Source of the DNA: Porphyridium purpureum
Taxonomy: Eukaryota
Direction of reading: 5' to 3'
Assembly: GCA_008690995.1 (NCBI GenBank)
Contig: VRMN01000010.1
Location: 558,001 to 622,000 of the forward strand
DNA length: 64,000 nucleotides
Shown: piece after piece, positions 1-11,864 of the stretch
Layout of the letters: each line of letters begins with the position of its first letter
Position numbering within the stretch: the stretch's first letter is position 1
Translations under genes and position numbers: made by a program
Notes under the pieces: model-generated
The model's database searches: none
Told to the model about the DNA's origin: nothing
What the model saw: the letters and a program-made list of their open reading frames with translations, nothing else

Positions 1-2039
1 GACAGAGCGGAGTAGAAACCGGCGGCCGGATTTTGGGGCATCCTGCGCTTGGCGCACGATTCGATATGGAGCGGAAGCTGGATGCACATGACGGATGTGT
101 AAACCGATTGAGCTGGAGTGAGTGCGGGACTTTTTTGCTGTCAGGGTCAGACGATTTGACCCTTTGTATCTGGAATCCTTCGCTGCCAGTGGATGCGCGC
201 CTGGCGAAGGAAAAGGCAGGGGACCCCGCTGCGCTGGTGCATCGCGTCAGCACTGCGCATGTGGCCAACATCTTTGGAGTGCGCTTCTTGCCTTGCACCA
301 ACTCACAGGTGCTAGTGTCAGGCGGTATGGATGCAAACGTCTGTGTCACTGACATACGTGCTCCCGAGGCACCGAGGGTATTTGCCGTGCATAAAAACCG
401 CGTCAAGACGGTCGAAGTCGAACCCTTGAACCCGCATCTCGTTTTTTCGGCAGGCGAGGACGGCCGACTCTTCCAAATTGACCTGCGCAAGGGCTCTTTG
501 CGGGAACCGCTTGGCGCCGACATTCTGTTGGAAAGCGGCAGCGCACGTGTTGCGTTCAAGTGCGCAGCTATTAATCCTGTCAGAGTGAATGAAATTCTCG
601 TGGCATCAAGCGACGAGTACTTGCGTCTGTATGACCGCAGGATGATGGACAATACGAATGGTCATGAAAACAGGACCATGCAGCAGATGGTGCATACGAC
701 ATTTGCACCGAAGCACATGCAATTGTCGCGTTACTTCTACGACGAACCGTTTGTCACGCACGCCGCGTTCAGCGCGGACGGGCGCCAAATTGTGGCAAAC
801 TATTCAAATGATTATGTCTACACGTTCGACAACACGGGCACCAGTACGGACGCCGCGTCGAATCGGGCGAAACGGCCCGTGCGTACGGGTGGCAAAAGCG
901 CGCATTCGATTCGACGTGCATCAACTAGCAGGACTCGAACCGCTCTGGAGCGTGGCCATGAGCATGCCAAGCATGCGCGATGGGCACGAGCGGCAGAAGT
1001 TTTAGGACCAGCAACGACAACCTGCCACATTGGCTCCGCGCAAGGAGAAGTACTTGAGTGTTGTGTGTTGTCGGCGCAAGCGCTGGCGCTTCGCGCATAC
1101 GCACTGAGGGAGCGAAAATGGTACGGCGATGTCCGGCTCGGCCTTGCGGACGTGCAGAACGTGCTTGATTGGTGTGCGTCCGCGTCTTCGTGCTCTTGTA
1201 CGCCGCCGCCGTGGCTTCCGAAGATGCAAGCTATCATGAGCTGGCTCAAATTAGAGCTGGTCGTCGAGCTGTGCTTCGGGTACTCGGACTCGTCACGCCT
1301 GCCGCGCCGTAGTTCGCAATGGAAAGAGCTGCAGCAACGTTTGGCGTCTGGTCTGGCATGTTTCCTCCCGGACGTGCAGCTTTCAGTTGACAAACTAGGC
1401 CTCGATGAAACCGACTTGTGCGGTTTGAACCCATTTTGGCAGAATGTGTGTGCAGCGATTCCCGACTCAATGAAACGGACCGCCGAACGAATACGAGCAC
1501 AGGCCCCATCAAAGACCGAGCCAGATTCTTTGGATGCGACTGTTCCCGCCAATAATGACCGGAACAGCTTAAAAGAGCTGTGGAAGCTTCTGGGTGATCT
1601 GAAGCAGGTGGGCTATCGATCACGTTTTACGGGTGCGACCAATTTTGCAACAGATATCAAGGAGGCGAGCTTTTTGGGAGAGCATGGCGAACTGGTGCTG
1701 GCCGGCAGTGATGATGGACGATTGTATGTATGGGACAATTGCTCGAATCCGTCGCGGCTACTGTGCGCGCTCCAAGCAGACTCGGATGTACTCAACTGCG
1801 TCCAGGCACACCCATCCCAAACGCTTGTTGCCACAAGTGGTATTGAAGACACCATTCGATTATGGACACCGTGCGCCGAGGCGCCGCAGAGCAGAACAGA
1901 GCTGGATGAGATAGTTGACGAGCACTTCTCAGAGTCCGCCGAGTTTGAAATGGACTCTTTTGGAATTCCGCTACCAATGTTTGTTTTACAACGCCTTGCC
2001 GCGAGCATGGACACAAGTATGCATGACGTGGCGTCTTGA
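1..2039 (+). CDS. WD40-repeat DCAF-type protein (WDTC1/DCAF8-like), probably 5'-truncated by the window edge
   Basis: Motifs AHDGCVNRLSW, LLSGSDD, HVANIFGVRF, LRLYDRR (DxR), a central helical TPR-like region and C-terminal TDIKEASF...GSDDG...VLNCVQAHP...ATSGIE. The frame is open back to base 3; the first ATG is at 66. Confidence 0.85.
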   Translation, partial: QSGVETGGRILGHPALGARFDMERKLDAHDGCVNRLSWSECGTFLLSGSDDLTLCIWNPSLPVDARLAKEKAGDPAALVHRVSTAHVANIFGVRFLPCTNSQVLVSGGMDANVCVTDIRAPEAPRVFAVHKNRVKTVEVEPLNPHLVFSAGEDGRLFQIDLRKGSLREPLGADILLESGSARVAFKCAAINPVRVNEILVASSDEYLRLYDRRMMDNTNGHENRTMQQMVHTTFAPKHMQLSRYFYDEPFVTHAAFSADGRQIVANYSNDYVYTFDNTGTSTDAASNRAKRPVRTGGKSAHSIRRASTSRTRTALERGHEHAKHARWARAAEVLGPATTTCHIGSAQGEVLECCVLSAQALALRAYALRERKWYGDVRLGLADVQNVLDWCASASSCSCTPPPWLPKMQAIMSWLKLELVVELCFGYSDSSRLPRRSSQWKELQQRLASGLACFLPDVQLSVDKLGLDETDLCGLNPFWQNVCAAIPDSMKRTAERIRAQAPSKTEPDSLDATVPANNDRNSLKELWKLLGDLKQVGYRSRFTGATNFATDIKEASFLGEHGELVLAGSDDGRLYVWDNCSNPSRLLCALQADSDVLNCVQAHPSQTLVATSGIEDTIRLWTPCAEAPQSRTELDEIVDEHFSESAEFEMDSFGIPLPMFVLQRLAASMDTSMHDVAS

Positions 2040-2166
2040 AGTGTGGGTGTTTCGGAATTGTAAATAAGGTTCTACCTGCAAATTGAGTTCTGTTTGACTC
2101 CTGGGGGTCCTATCTCCGGGGCATTTCGGAACGCGTATGAGCGGATCAGCTGAACGCACAAAGCTC

Positions 2167-2937
2167 CTACAATTCTTTATCCAATGCCGCGAGCCACTCG
2201 GTGACACGCTTTTTGTTTGCGCCCAAGTCACCCTGTCCGTAGATACTCTGGCTATAGATGGCGAGCGTGCTGCTCTGTCCTGGTTCGACGTCCAGGAAAG
2301 AAACAGTGACGAGGTCCGGATATTGCATGAGCAGGCTGCGCGCAACAAAGCCGTACGTCTCCTTGTCTTGGCTGACGACGGAGAGCACAGTCCGTGGCTG
2401 CGCGGCAATGACGCGCAAAAACCTGTCCTTGAGCGTCTGCTTGTCTACCGGATACACCTTGGCCGTGCCGCTCGGAGGTGGCTTGCAGCCGGCTGCCACA
2501 CCTGCAGGAGCCAGCAGTTCGGAATTCATGCCCCCTCGTGTCTTCAACGTAGAAAGATCCAATTCGGGCTTCTTCACCAAAGTGATGGCTGACAGCAACG
2601 GAGGAATCAGCAGCGGAAGCGGCGGCTTGAGCCCAGCGAGACTCGCGATTGCCGCAAGACCGACCGTGCCCGCCAACAACTTTGCCACGTACTGCGCATC
2701 TGGCTCGAACTCCACATCGCCCGTCTCGCTCATCCGCAGAACCCCAACTCTGTCCTTCCACACGCTCCCTCGACGCTCACGCGCCATCCTCACACCTCCA
2801 TCAAGACCGCGTGCTCGCCATCGCACGCATCCACCCGCTCCTGTGCTGCACACTGCATTTCCACCTCGCGAGCCGCTCACCCCACGTCCACCAAGGACGG
2901 ATCCGCCACACGCGCTCGCCACAAACATGCTCACCAT
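2167..2937 (-). CDS. DUF1499-like protein with probable plastid transit peptide
   Basis: ATG at 2937 (MVSMFVASACGG, Ser/Gly/Arg-rich leader). The C-terminus ARSLLMQYPDLVTV...STLAIYSQSIYGQGDLGANKKRVTEWL resembles DUF1499. Confidence 0.7.
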   Translation of the reverse strand: MVSMFVASACGGSVLGGRGVSGSRGGNAVCSTGAGGCVRWRARGLDGGVRMARERRGSVWKDRVGVLRMSETGDVEFEPDAQYVAKLLAGTVGLAAIASLAGLKPPLPLLIPPLLSAITLVKKPELDLSTLKTRGGMNSELLAPAGVAAGCKPPPSGTAKVYPVDKQTLKDRFLRVIAAQPRTVLSVVSQDKETYGFVARSLLMQYPDLVTVSFLDVEPGQSSTLAIYSQSIYGQGDLGANKKRVTEWLAALDKEL

Positions 2938-3186
2938 CTTCGCTCCTCCTTGCCCTTCCTCCTCCCCCTTCCCATCGCCTTCCCTCTCGCCACACATCTC
3001 CTCAGCCACAAAGAACGCCTTCCACCTTGTCGCCGTCACCCATCGGTTTATCGGTTTCTCCCGTGATTCCAGTCCAGTCCGGCTCGGTCCGCTTCGGTTC
3101 AGTTTAGTTCGGTTCACAAGTTGATTGACTTTGACTTGGAGTCACTGTGGCTAAGGAGAACGAGAGTATCGGCTAAACGGCTAGAA

Positions 3187-3202
3187 GTACAGTATACTGT
3201 AC
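3187..3202. promoter_or_regulatory. Perfect 16-bp palindrome GTACAGTATACTGTAC in a divergent intergenic region
   Basis: Directly visible. It lies between head-to-head genes (ATG 2937 on -, ATG 3481 on +). Regulatory function is inferred. Confidence 0.45.
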
Positions 3203-3480
3203 ATCATTCCCGCACTAGACGTCTTCTAAAAAGGCGCTGTGATTCACGTGTTTTGAGGATGGCCGAAGAATGCGACTATGATAATGTGCTGTACACCCCA
3301 ATTCCGGTTTAGTGGTTTCGGTGCAAATAATCATCAGACGAGCGTGTTTTACTATAAAACTTGCTGCTCATATTGGTAGGTCGAAAAGTTTTTGGGTTGC
3401 GAGAAAGAGAGAAAGAGAATAGAGAGAAAGAGAGCGAAAGAGAGAGAGAGAGAGGGTTGGTTGGTTGGTAAACTTAGAGT

Positions 3481-4128
3481 ATGATGGTAGCTGGATCGGG
3501 GGCACGCAGCATGGCTAGGATGAGTTTGGTGGTGTCGCTTCTCGCGGCTTGGACTGTGGTTGTCGCGGCAGTGTACGCGGACGCCGCCACCACGCCAAAA
3601 GTGACGTCCAAGGTGTACTTTGATGTTGAGATCGGGAACAAGCCGGCGGGCCGCATCGTGATCGGGCTGTTTGGCGAGGTCGTGCCTAAGACGGCGGAGA
3701 ACTTCCGACAGCTGGCCACTGGGCAGCCAGGGTTTGGGTACAAGGGCTCGATCTTCCACCGCGTGATCTCAAACTTCATGATTCAGGGCGGCGATTTCAC
3801 AAAGTTTGACGGCACCGGCGGCAAGAGTATCTATGGCCCCAAATTCGAGGATGAGAATTTTGAAATCAAGCACACGCACAAGGGACTGCTGAGTATGGCC
3901 AATGCGGGGAAGAACACCAACGGCTCGCAGTTCTTCATCACGACGGCCATCACAAACTGGCTGGACGGAAAGCACTGCGTGTTCGGGTACGTGCTCGAAG
4001 GTTATGACGTCGTGGAGGCTATTGAAAAGACGCCTGTGCGCGGATCGAAACCCATTGACGAGGTCCGCATTGCCGCGTCGGGCGAGCTTCCGCTGGACGC
4101 ACCTTTCCACGTCGAGTTCAGAGCGTAG
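3481..4128 (+). CDS. Cyclophilin-type peptidyl-prolyl isomerase with signal peptide (cyclophilin B-like)
   Basis: Motifs [61 protein letters not shown]; hydrophobic N-terminal signal. Confidence 0.95.
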   Translation: MMVAGSGARSMARMSLVVSLLAAWTVVVAAVYADAATTPKVTSKVYFDVEIGNKPAGRIVIGLFGEVVPKTAENFRQLATGQPGFGYKGSIFHRVISNFMIQGGDFTKFDGTGGKSIYGPKFEDENFEIKHTHKGLLSMANAGKNTNGSQFFITTAITNWLDGKHCVFGYVLEGYDVVEAIEKTPVRGSKPIDEVRIAASGELPLDAPFHVEFRA

Positions 4129-4442
4129 ACTCCCAGAGGAAACGACTCAGAGAACCAAAGGCATCTAGACTGATACAATATCCTCGTGGCAAGGCCTTCC
4201 TTTTCTTTAGATTAGTATCACCAGACGTTCGACGTCTCATTCGCTGTCCTCATCTCCCAGCGACGCACGCCGCACGCGAAGAAAAACTTAGTCAATAAAC
4301 CGATTTGAAATCGGTTTAGAAAAATGTGCGCGACAAAATAAACCGCTTCAGAACCGGCGGACGCGCACGGCGGGAGTCCAGAGCGCCATCAAGTACGACC
4401 TTTTGGCGGACATTGTGTGCGGCGCCCCGCACGCTGGTTTGG

Positions 4443-7034
4443 ATGGAAGCCACCGCTCAGCATTCGGACACGGCTGCTGCGATCGCTGCGCAGGTGCCGC
4501 AGCAACGTGACAAGGCAGACAAGAAGAAGGAGAAAAAGCAGCGGAAGAAGGACAAATCAAAGTCTTCGTCAAGCCAATCGAGAAAGGCCTCGCGAAATAA
4601 GCAAGATGGACCAGAAGAAAGCGGTGAGCTGCCCTCTGACAGGGACCAGTCTGAGCAAGATGTACGGCAAAGTCAGGAGCATGCACAGGCGCCAGCAAAA
4701 CGCGCAGCGGAGAGAAAGAGCAAAAAGGAAAGGAAACGGCCGAAGTCCAGTGGGCAAAGCCGTGGAGATGGTATGATGGGCACCGATTCAGACGATAGTC
4801 GGACGCCCCCGGAGCCTAATTCGCGCAATGCGCCACAATTGCTGAATTCATCCGAGACGCGTGATCGTTTACAGCGCGAATCGAAGGACAACGACGCCGC
4901 GCTCCCAAGGTTCTGCTTGAAAAAGTATGATGAAGGAACGGTCCAGGGGCACATCAACTTTTTAACGAGTGAGCCGTACAGTGACAGATACTTTGACATT
5001 CTGGAGACGCGGAAATCGCTTCCTGTGTTTGCCAAGCGGCGCAAGATTCTAAAGCTGGTTGCGAATCACAGTGTGACGGTGATTGTGGGTGAGACCGGCT
5101 CTGGAAAGACCACCCAGATTCCGCAATTTTTGGTGGAGGCCGGCTACTGTTCTGTACCCGGGGCCAAGCCGTACATGATAGGATGCACGCAGCCTCGCCG
5201 GGTGGCGGCCATGAGCGTGTCCAAACGCGTGGCGGAGGAAATGGACGTAGCATGGGGCAAACAGGTGGGCTACTCCGTAAGGTTTGAGAAGAAGGCCGGC
5301 AGCGAAACGGTTCTCAAGTACTGCACAGACGGAATGCTGCTCAGAGAAGCCATGACGGATCCATTGCTGTCGGCCTACTCGTGCATCTTGATTGACGAGG
5401 CCCACGAGCGCACCTTGAGCACAGATATCCTTTTGGGTCTGCTGAAAGGTCTGACTGTCTCCAGGCCGCATGACTTCAAATTAATCGTGATGTCCGCCAC
5501 GCTGGATGCTCAAAAGTTTCAGGGATATTTCGATAACGCACCGTTGCTACAGGTCTCTGGTCGCATGTTCCCCGTCGAGATGATGTACCTGCAGCAGCCG
5601 GCGACCGACTACTTTGAAGAGACGATTCGCACCGCGGTGACCATATGTACGAACGAGCCACCGGGGGACGTGCTTTTATTCTTGACGGGTGAGGACGAAA
5701 TCGAAGATGCGGTGGCCCGCATCGAGTCGGAGCTGGAAGGCACTGAAGACATGTGCGGTCCCGTAACAGTATATCCATTGTACGCGTCGCTCCCTCAATA
5801 CGAGCAGCAGCGAGTCTTTGACCCTGCGCCTGGCCCTTCCAAGCCCGGCGGGCGTCCTGGTCGGAAAGTGATCTGCGCGACAAATATCGCCGAGTCGTCG
5901 CTCACCATCGACGGTATTGTGTACGTGATTGACCCGGGTTTCTCCAAGCAGAAACTGTACGAGCCGCGTGCGCGTAGTGAGTCCCTACAAGTCGCACCGA
6001 TCTCCAGAGCGTCAGCAAATCAGCGTGCTGGTCGCGCGGGCCGCACCCGACCGGGAAAGTGTTTCCGACTGTATACCGAACTGGCATTCAACACGGTGCT
6101 TGAAGAAACGACTTTCCCGGAAATTCTGCGTTCCAACCTCAGCATGGTGGTGATGCACATGCTCAAATTGGGCATCCGGGACCTCGTTCATTTCGACTTC
6201 TTGGACCCGCCAGCACCGGAAACGTTACTGCGAGCGCTCGAAGAGCTCGTGAATCTCGGCGCGATCAACGAGGAAGGTGAACTGACCAGAACTGGACACA
6301 TGATGAGCGAATTTCCTGTTGAGCCCGAGATGGCAAAGATGCTCGTGGCGTCCTCGGAGCTTGGATGCGTGCACGAGAGCCTGTCAGTGGCTGCCATGCT
6401 CAGCACGTCTGGAAACGTCTTCTTGCGTCCCAAAAAGGCTGCCAAGGCTGCTGACTCGGCCAAGCGCAAGTTCACGCATTCATCTGGAGACCATTTGACG
6501 CTGCTGAATGTATTTCATGCCTACAAGCAAACAGGAAAAGAAAACGGGAAGGAGAAGGACCGCGCAACGTGGTGCTGGGAAAATTATCTGAACCACCGCA
6601 CCTTGAAAAGCGCCGACATGGTGCGCGGGCAGCTGAGCGGGATCATGCAGAAGTGCGGATTGCTGGATGTCGACCGGACGCCTCCAACATCTCAGAGCAC
6701 TTCCTCGCATTTCCGCAGAGTGCTGGCTAGCATTGCGTGCGGCTATTTTATGCGCGTGGCGTTTCGACAGGGCGGAAATAAGGATGCGTCGTACCTTACT
6801 GTGATGGACCACCAGTTGGTGGGTACACATCCGTCTTGCACACTGACCCACCGTCCAGACTGGGTGCTATATCAGGAGTTTGTGCGCACGGACAAACGCT
6901 TCATTCGCACTTGCTCCGCCATTGAGCCTGACGTGTTGCTAGATGCCTCTCCAGAGTACTACAATCTGGATCTGTTCCCGGAGGGGAGCATCAAGAATGA
7001 GCTGCAGCGCGTGGCAAGGCGCAGAAAAAAATGA
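4443..7034 (+). CDS. PRP43: DEAH-box RNA helicase Prp43/DHX15-like
   Basis: Motifs GETGSGKTTQIPQ, TQPRRVAA, DEAHER, MSAT, TNIAESSLT, QRAGRAGR, HFDFLDPPAPET, plus HA2/OB C-terminus. First in-frame ATG at 4443. Confidence 0.92.
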   Translation: MEATAQHSDTAAAIAAQVPQQRDKADKKKEKKQRKKDKSKSSSSQSRKASRNKQDGPEESGELPSDRDQSEQDVRQSQEHAQAPAKRAAERKSKKERKRPKSSGQSRGDGMMGTDSDDSRTPPEPNSRNAPQLLNSSETRDRLQRESKDNDAALPRFCLKKYDEGTVQGHINFLTSEPYSDRYFDILETRKSLPVFAKRRKILKLVANHSVTVIVGETGSGKTTQIPQFLVEAGYCSVPGAKPYMIGCTQPRRVAAMSVSKRVAEEMDVAWGKQVGYSVRFEKKAGSETVLKYCTDGMLLREAMTDPLLSAYSCILIDEAHERTLSTDILLGLLKGLTVSRPHDFKLIVMSATLDAQKFQGYFDNAPLLQVSGRMFPVEMMYLQQPATDYFEETIRTAVTICTNEPPGDVLLFLTGEDEIEDAVARIESELEGTEDMCGPVTVYPLYASLPQYEQQRVFDPAPGPSKPGGRPGRKVICATNIAESSLTIDGIVYVIDPGFSKQKLYEPRARSESLQVAPISRASANQRAGRAGRTRPGKCFRLYTELAFNTVLEETTFPEILRSNLSMVVMHMLKLGIRDLVHFDFLDPPAPETLLRALEELVNLGAINEEGELTRTGHMMSEFPVEPEMAKMLVASSELGCVHESLSVAAMLSTSGNVFLRPKKAAKAADSAKRKFTHSSGDHLTLLNVFHAYKQTGKENGKEKDRATWCWENYLNHRTLKSADMVRGQLSGIMQKCGLLDVDRTPPTSQSTSSHFRRVLASIACGYFMRVAFRQGGNKDASYLTVMDHQLVGTHPSCTLTHRPDWVLYQEFVRTDKRFIRTCSAIEPDVLLDASPEYYNLDLFPEGSIKNELQRVARRRKK

Positions 7035-7582
7035 TCCAAAGCAGTCCGTGTGAACACAGCTCCACGACCCGATCGGAATCCGTAGCTGGAGCTTTCTGCT
7101 CGAGAAGAAGAGAGGGGCAAGTGTGAGTGCGGATCTGGCTCTTCTCAAGAACAACGGCTAGAGCTGACGTTCTGCCACTCTTTCATGGACCCGATGAAAA
7201 ACGCGTTCTGCGAAGACGTTGGTTTGAAGAAGTACACATTGGACAAAGATGGATGGCAGAGATGTGCTTAGAATGTCCGCTGGTGAAGACCAAAGCACGT
7301 CTGGCAAGGTGGTAACGCATAGAGATACCACTTTTCGGCAGGTCTCACTGAGCAGCCAGAGGAAAGACATGACGCCAAACGGATGACCTTGACAAAGCGA
7401 GGCCTCGACTGAAATCTGATTCGGGCTGCGCTCATTCTGTACTCGGAAATGGCCGCTTACTGCCGCAGATGCATGTCGAATGAGAGTGAGTGCTCTGACG
7501 GGTATATTCAAGAATAAAATCTATCTCTATGCGGGCGAAGACTACAGACACCAATACATAATCGCCCTCGCTTGCCAAGAAT

Positions 7583-10369
7583 TCACAATTTCAGAGCCTT
7601 GATAGTGTCCGCTGAAAAGTCCACTCTAAGTGCAAGGGTCCTGCGCACCTCGCTGGGCGTCAGTCGCCAAGTCATACCACCAGCATTTGTACCCCACAGA
7701 TCGTAGATTTCTTGTGGCTTTTCGAGGTTAACGAGAAGCGCTACTTGGGAGAGTCGCGCAAATACATCTCGGATGCTGACGCGGCGAGTTTTGGTCGAAA
7801 AGTAAGAGCTGAGCGCTCGAATGTCACGGTCAAAGCGAAGCGCGCCTAACGAGGAGAAGCGCAATCCGCGCTGTTGGCTGATATTTGCATTGCTGTCCGA
7901 ATTTGTGCCGCTCCCGGTGCGCGCGGCCGATGCCGGGAGAATCAACGCTTCCAGTCGGCGGGACGTCCACTCCGCTAAGCGCCGCACAAGCGAATCCCAG
8001 TTGGCTTCGATTAGTTTCTCCTCCAATCCCTTCAGAACGCGTAACTCCATTTCGTCAATAAAAGTCTGCACAAACTCGTCGCTCGAATCAAACCCGTGGC
8101 TATAATCTTTCTCATCCAGTAAGTAGTGGATACGGTTCATTGCCGCAATCGCATTCGGCAATCGCCCGGTGAGAGTATTTACGAGCTGGTCCATTCCATC
8201 CTCGCCAGCGCGTGCCAGAAACCGAGAGTGTTCTGACACTTCAGAAAGCACCTGTGCAAGCTGCGTACGGTCGCGCGCAGTGCGCAACACACTCGCAGCG
8301 TCCCGCTCTATTCCCGCACGCAGTTTGAGCGCATATTCAGAACTCATCAATGCGTTGTTGAGCGCGACGGAAAAGCCATACTTTGCTGGCGGGAAAGACG
8401 CTAACGAACCACCCTTTGCCGAGCCCGCTGTTCCAGTAGACGTTCCTCCTCCGTATAGTACATTGCTCATGCCGCTGGCGCCAGAAAGTAAGCTTTTTGT
8501 TCCGGAGCCGCCCATTCTGATGCCACTGCTGGTGCCACTGGGACCACCGACAGCAAACTTGTTTGTTTCTTGGAGGCGGTGCTGCACAAACGAAAGCACG
8601 TCAGATGCCATCACCGAGTTTATGATGGACACCACTGAGCACAGCGTCTCCGTTGACGCGTATGAAACGGCGCGACGCACACACTTTTGAAAGACAAAAA
8701 AGATGTCGTCGACAGCGGACGAAAACCTGGGCGCACCAGGCAGCGGTGCGTCATCAATCTCGATAGCTTTTAGGATATTCTCGCGCATGAAATATCCTTC
8801 CATCAGCGTGTACTTCTCTGAAAGTGACAGCACCATCTGCGACAGCCTGCTGTTCCTCAAAAGAGAATCAAAACGTTCACCTTCATCCAGGAGCTCTTTC
8901 TGTTGCAAAGTGTCCATACCCAACCCCGCGCTATGACCTTCGTTTCCTGAGGAAGGGGACGAAAGCGTGCGCTGAAGCGGGCTTTTGGGTGTTCCAGTGG
9001 GTGGCGACAACGCGGGACTCTGTATCAATTGTCCGCCGGCTTGCTGTTGCGCAGCTCTGTCATTCCCGCTTCCCACGTCGCGATCGCCGGCACCACCATT
9101 TACAGCACCACTGTTCGCACTTCCCGTCTGCAAAGTGGTGGCAGCAATGGTTCGCTGTCGTAGAAAGTCAAAGTAAGCAGTCGTGCGCTGCGAAATGATC
9201 GCAATTTCATCCAAAAGCGGGTCAAGATCCCTGGGAATGACCGAGCCGGAGAACAGCATGTCCGCGATCGAGTGCAGCGAGCGGAACGCTGTGTAGCTCT
9301 CCAAAATAAGCTTGGCCTGCCCGTCACACTGTTCTTGTAATTTTTGCGCGATTTGTATGACGGCGTGAGCGCCAAACGTTTCCAGGAGCCCTTCCTCCGA
9401 CTCAACGGCGTATGACGCCACGATCTCAAACAGCGAAGTCATGGCCACTACGTGCGGAAGATCGGCGCCCTGCAAACCAGCCGTTTCCTTTGGAAAGGAC
9501 GGCTGGAGCAGCGCACACCGTTCAATTTCGATATCAGACTCTAGCTTGACCGCGCGCTGCACGTAGGAGCCAAAGTAAGCAATGCCTTCGGCCAGCAAGC
9601 CTGTCGACTCGAAACGCGAGGCAATTTGAATGACCGTCGCAATCGGCGCGATGTGATCTTGATCCATGAGCTGCTTTGCGTCGCTGCGAATGCGTTGCAC
9701 CAACGTTTCGAGACCAGCAGTGAGCTGTGCGACCGCCGTGTATGCCTCGCCGTTCTCCACGCTGTCTGACTGCTTCAGCCGAAGGAATGTGCGCGAGCAG
9801 ACGCAAGCCGCCTGGATATCGTCCCGATCCAGGGCGGCCTGCAGTAATTCGGCGCATTTGCGCAGCTCAATGATGTCCTGGATGCAGGACAGCGACGCCT
9901 GCACGCGAGTTACAAGCAAATCGAGCTCACGCACATGCTGCGACACCGTGCGAGCGGTGGACGCGTTCGCCTTGAGCTGTCGCACAAGCTGGTGGCCTCG
10001 TCCGGCGACTGTATCTAAGCTCTGAGCAACGCTCCGCACACTGTCTGAACGCGTGGCAGCCGATACTGCGACGGCGTTCAGCAACGCTTCGAGCTGCACC
10101 TCGACCTCGCTCTCCTGTGCGATCGTATCCGTCAGCGCGGCGCGGATTTCCTCCTCGAGCGCCAAATCGCTCACCGGCGGCAGCAGAAGCTGCTCGCCTG
10201 CATCACTAGACGCATGCTCCATCGCGCGCGTAACGGACATGCCGAGGCTTTCTGACAGCTTGAACGAGGCGCCGCTGCTGCCGCCGCTGCCGCCGCCTTT
10301 GGGAAGCGCGTCACCCATCACGACGGATGGCGCAGGCGGGAGGGGCGACGATGTGCGATGCTGCACCAT
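7583..10369 (-). CDS. COG4: Conserved oligomeric Golgi complex subunit 4
   Basis: C-terminal LGALRFDRDIR...RDVFARLSQ...TWRLTPSEVR...LRVDF and internal SSAVDDIFFVFQKCVRRA. Start placed at MVQHRT (10369); alternative ATG at 10318. Confidence 0.88.
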   Translation of the reverse strand: MVQHRTSSPLPPAPSVVMGDALPKGGGSGGSSGASFKLSESLGMSVTRAMEHASSDAGEQLLLPPVSDLALEEEIRAALTDTIAQESEVEVQLEALLNAVAVSAATRSDSVRSVAQSLDTVAGRGHQLVRQLKANASTARTVSQHVRELDLLVTRVQASLSCIQDIIELRKCAELLQAALDRDDIQAACVCSRTFLRLKQSDSVENGEAYTAVAQLTAGLETLVQRIRSDAKQLMDQDHIAPIATVIQIASRFESTGLLAEGIAYFGSYVQRAVKLESDIEIERCALLQPSFPKETAGLQGADLPHVVAMTSLFEIVASYAVESEEGLLETFGAHAVIQIAQKLQEQCDGQAKLILESYTAFRSLHSIADMLFSGSVIPRDLDPLLDEIAIISQRTTAYFDFLRQRTIAATTLQTGSANSGAVNGGAGDRDVGSGNDRAAQQQAGGQLIQSPALSPPTGTPKSPLQRTLSSPSSGNEGHSAGLGMDTLQQKELLDEGERFDSLLRNSRLSQMVLSLSEKYTLMEGYFMRENILKAIEIDDAPLPGAPRFSSAVDDIFFVFQKCVRRAVSYASTETLCSVVSIINSVMASDVLSFVQHRLQETNKFAVGGPSGTSSGIRMGGSGTKSLLSGASGMSNVLYGGGTSTGTAGSAKGGSLASFPPAKYGFSVALNNALMSSEYALKLRAGIERDAASVLRTARDRTQLAQVLSEVSEHSRFLARAGEDGMDQLVNTLTGRLPNAIAAMNRIHYLLDEKDYSHGFDSSDEFVQTFIDEMELRVLKGLEEKLIEANWDSLVRRLAEWTSRRLEALILPASAARTGSGTNSDSNANISQQRGLRFSSLGALRFDRDIRALSSYFSTKTRRVSIRDVFARLSQVALLVNLEKPQEIYDLWGTNAGGMTWRLTPSEVRRTLALRVDFSADTIKALKL

Positions 10370-11189
10370 GCGAATCGCTCCCGCGCGCGGCGCTGCGTGG
10401 CGCGTGGTCGCGGGCGCGGCTGGCGAATCCTCGTTGTCGCGCGATGCGTGCGTGAGCGTATCGCCGCGCACGTCTTCTCCTCCATGCCCAGCAGACGTGC
10501 GCGTTCGCGTTTCGCGCTCTCCCAGCGCGCTCGGAATGAGTATTGCATTGCCATCCTTCAAAGGGCGGAGGAACACGGATGGAGGTACTGTGTGTACAGT
10601 GCTGAGCGATGATGTGTGAGGGTTGCGACCTGCGGAGCAGAGGTGTTGGCACCAACATCCACGGCTGTGTCCTTTGCGCGCTTCAGCTCCTCGCTTCGAA
10701 AGTTGGCAAGCCAGACAAACGGGTCGCCACCTGAAGCGACAGACTAATACACTGCCACCTCCATGGCCAAAACAGACCCACGTGTTGTCAACAGTGGCTT
10801 GCGGCGGAAGCGCGCCGCCAGAAGTAGAACGGCAGAAGCAGCATGTGCGCTTGTGAAGTCTTTCGGATGGCATCTTTGCAAAACGCGGCTCGTCGGCCAA
10901 ACTCAGAAAGAACAATCGAATTTTCAAGATACTCGGACTTTCTCGCTCCCTTGCTGTGTTTTAGACAAACGAGAACTACCACAGACTGATATCCATTTTA
11001 TGTATTCATGATGGTGCGCTCCCCAGTTGGACGTGCATTATCATTGCGTGTTACATAGCGGGGCGCGTCTTGACGAAAAGACAATGAAGGACCTTGATCA
11101 TACTCTAGGCAGGTCGTACAGCAAGCGAGATGTGTGTCGATTCAAGCAGTTGAGAAATCCATCCCGCATACTCCTCGCACATTCATAGG

Positions 11190-11864
11190 CTAGCGATATT
11201 GGCTTTCGCTCTGGATGTTTTTGGCAATCTCGGATTCCCACCGATCGCCGTTCGCGAGGAGTTTTTCCTTGTTGTAAAGCAGCTCCTCGTGCGTTTCGGT
11301 CGCGTACTCAAAGTTTGGGCCTTCGACAATGGCGTCCACGGGGCACGCTTCCTGGCAGAACCCGCAGTAAATGCATTTGGTCATATCGATGTCGTACCGT
11401 GTTGTGCGGCGCGAGCCGTCCGGCCTGGGTTCCGCCTCGATAGTAATTGCCTGCGCGGGACAAATAGCCTCGCACAGCTTGCACGCAATACACCGTTCCT
11501 CGCCCGTAGGATACCTGCGCAGTGCGTGCTCACCTCGGAAGCGCGGCGAGATCGGGCCCTTCTCCAGCGGATAGTCGAGCGTCACCTTGGGCTGGAAGAA
11601 GTACTGCAGCGTCAGGCCCATTCCTCTGACGATTTCGGTCAGAAACAGCGCCTGCGCAGTCTTCTCCGCAATGGACTGCACGGAATCATCCATGGGCCCT
11701 CGCGCGCCCATATCCGGCAAGGGCCCGACGTCGTCCACCTTCTTCTGCTCGCTGCGCATTCCAAATATCCCGCGACGCGCACCAGCAACACCGCCCCACG
11801 GCCGCACGTGCGTCGCCGAGCGCAACCGCGCCGCGAGTTGCAACCCCATTCCTCCTGTTCCCAT
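11190..11864 (-). CDS. NDUFS8: Complex I iron-sulfur subunit 8 (TYKY/NuoI), mitochondrial
   Basis: [34 protein letters not shown] and [16 protein letters not shown] (two 4Fe-4S motifs); Arg-rich presequence. Confidence 0.97.
   Translation of the reverse strand: MGTGGMGLQLAARLRSATHVRPWGGVAGARRGIFGMRSEQKKVDDVGPLPDMGARGPMDDSVQSIAEKTAQALFLTEIVRGMGLTLQYFFQPKVTLDYPLEKGPISPRFRGEHALRRYPTGEERCIACKLCEAICPAQAITIEAEPRPDGSRRTTRYDIDMTKCIYCGFCQEACPVDAIVEGPNFEYATETHEELLYNKEKLLANGDRWESEIAKNIQSESQYR

Noticed and set aside
10370..10927. 186-aa N-terminal extension of COG4 given by the ORF track
   Set aside because: It has a non-ATG start and no COG4-like content, and a GTACAG cluster at about 10585-10600 suggests promoter or UTR.
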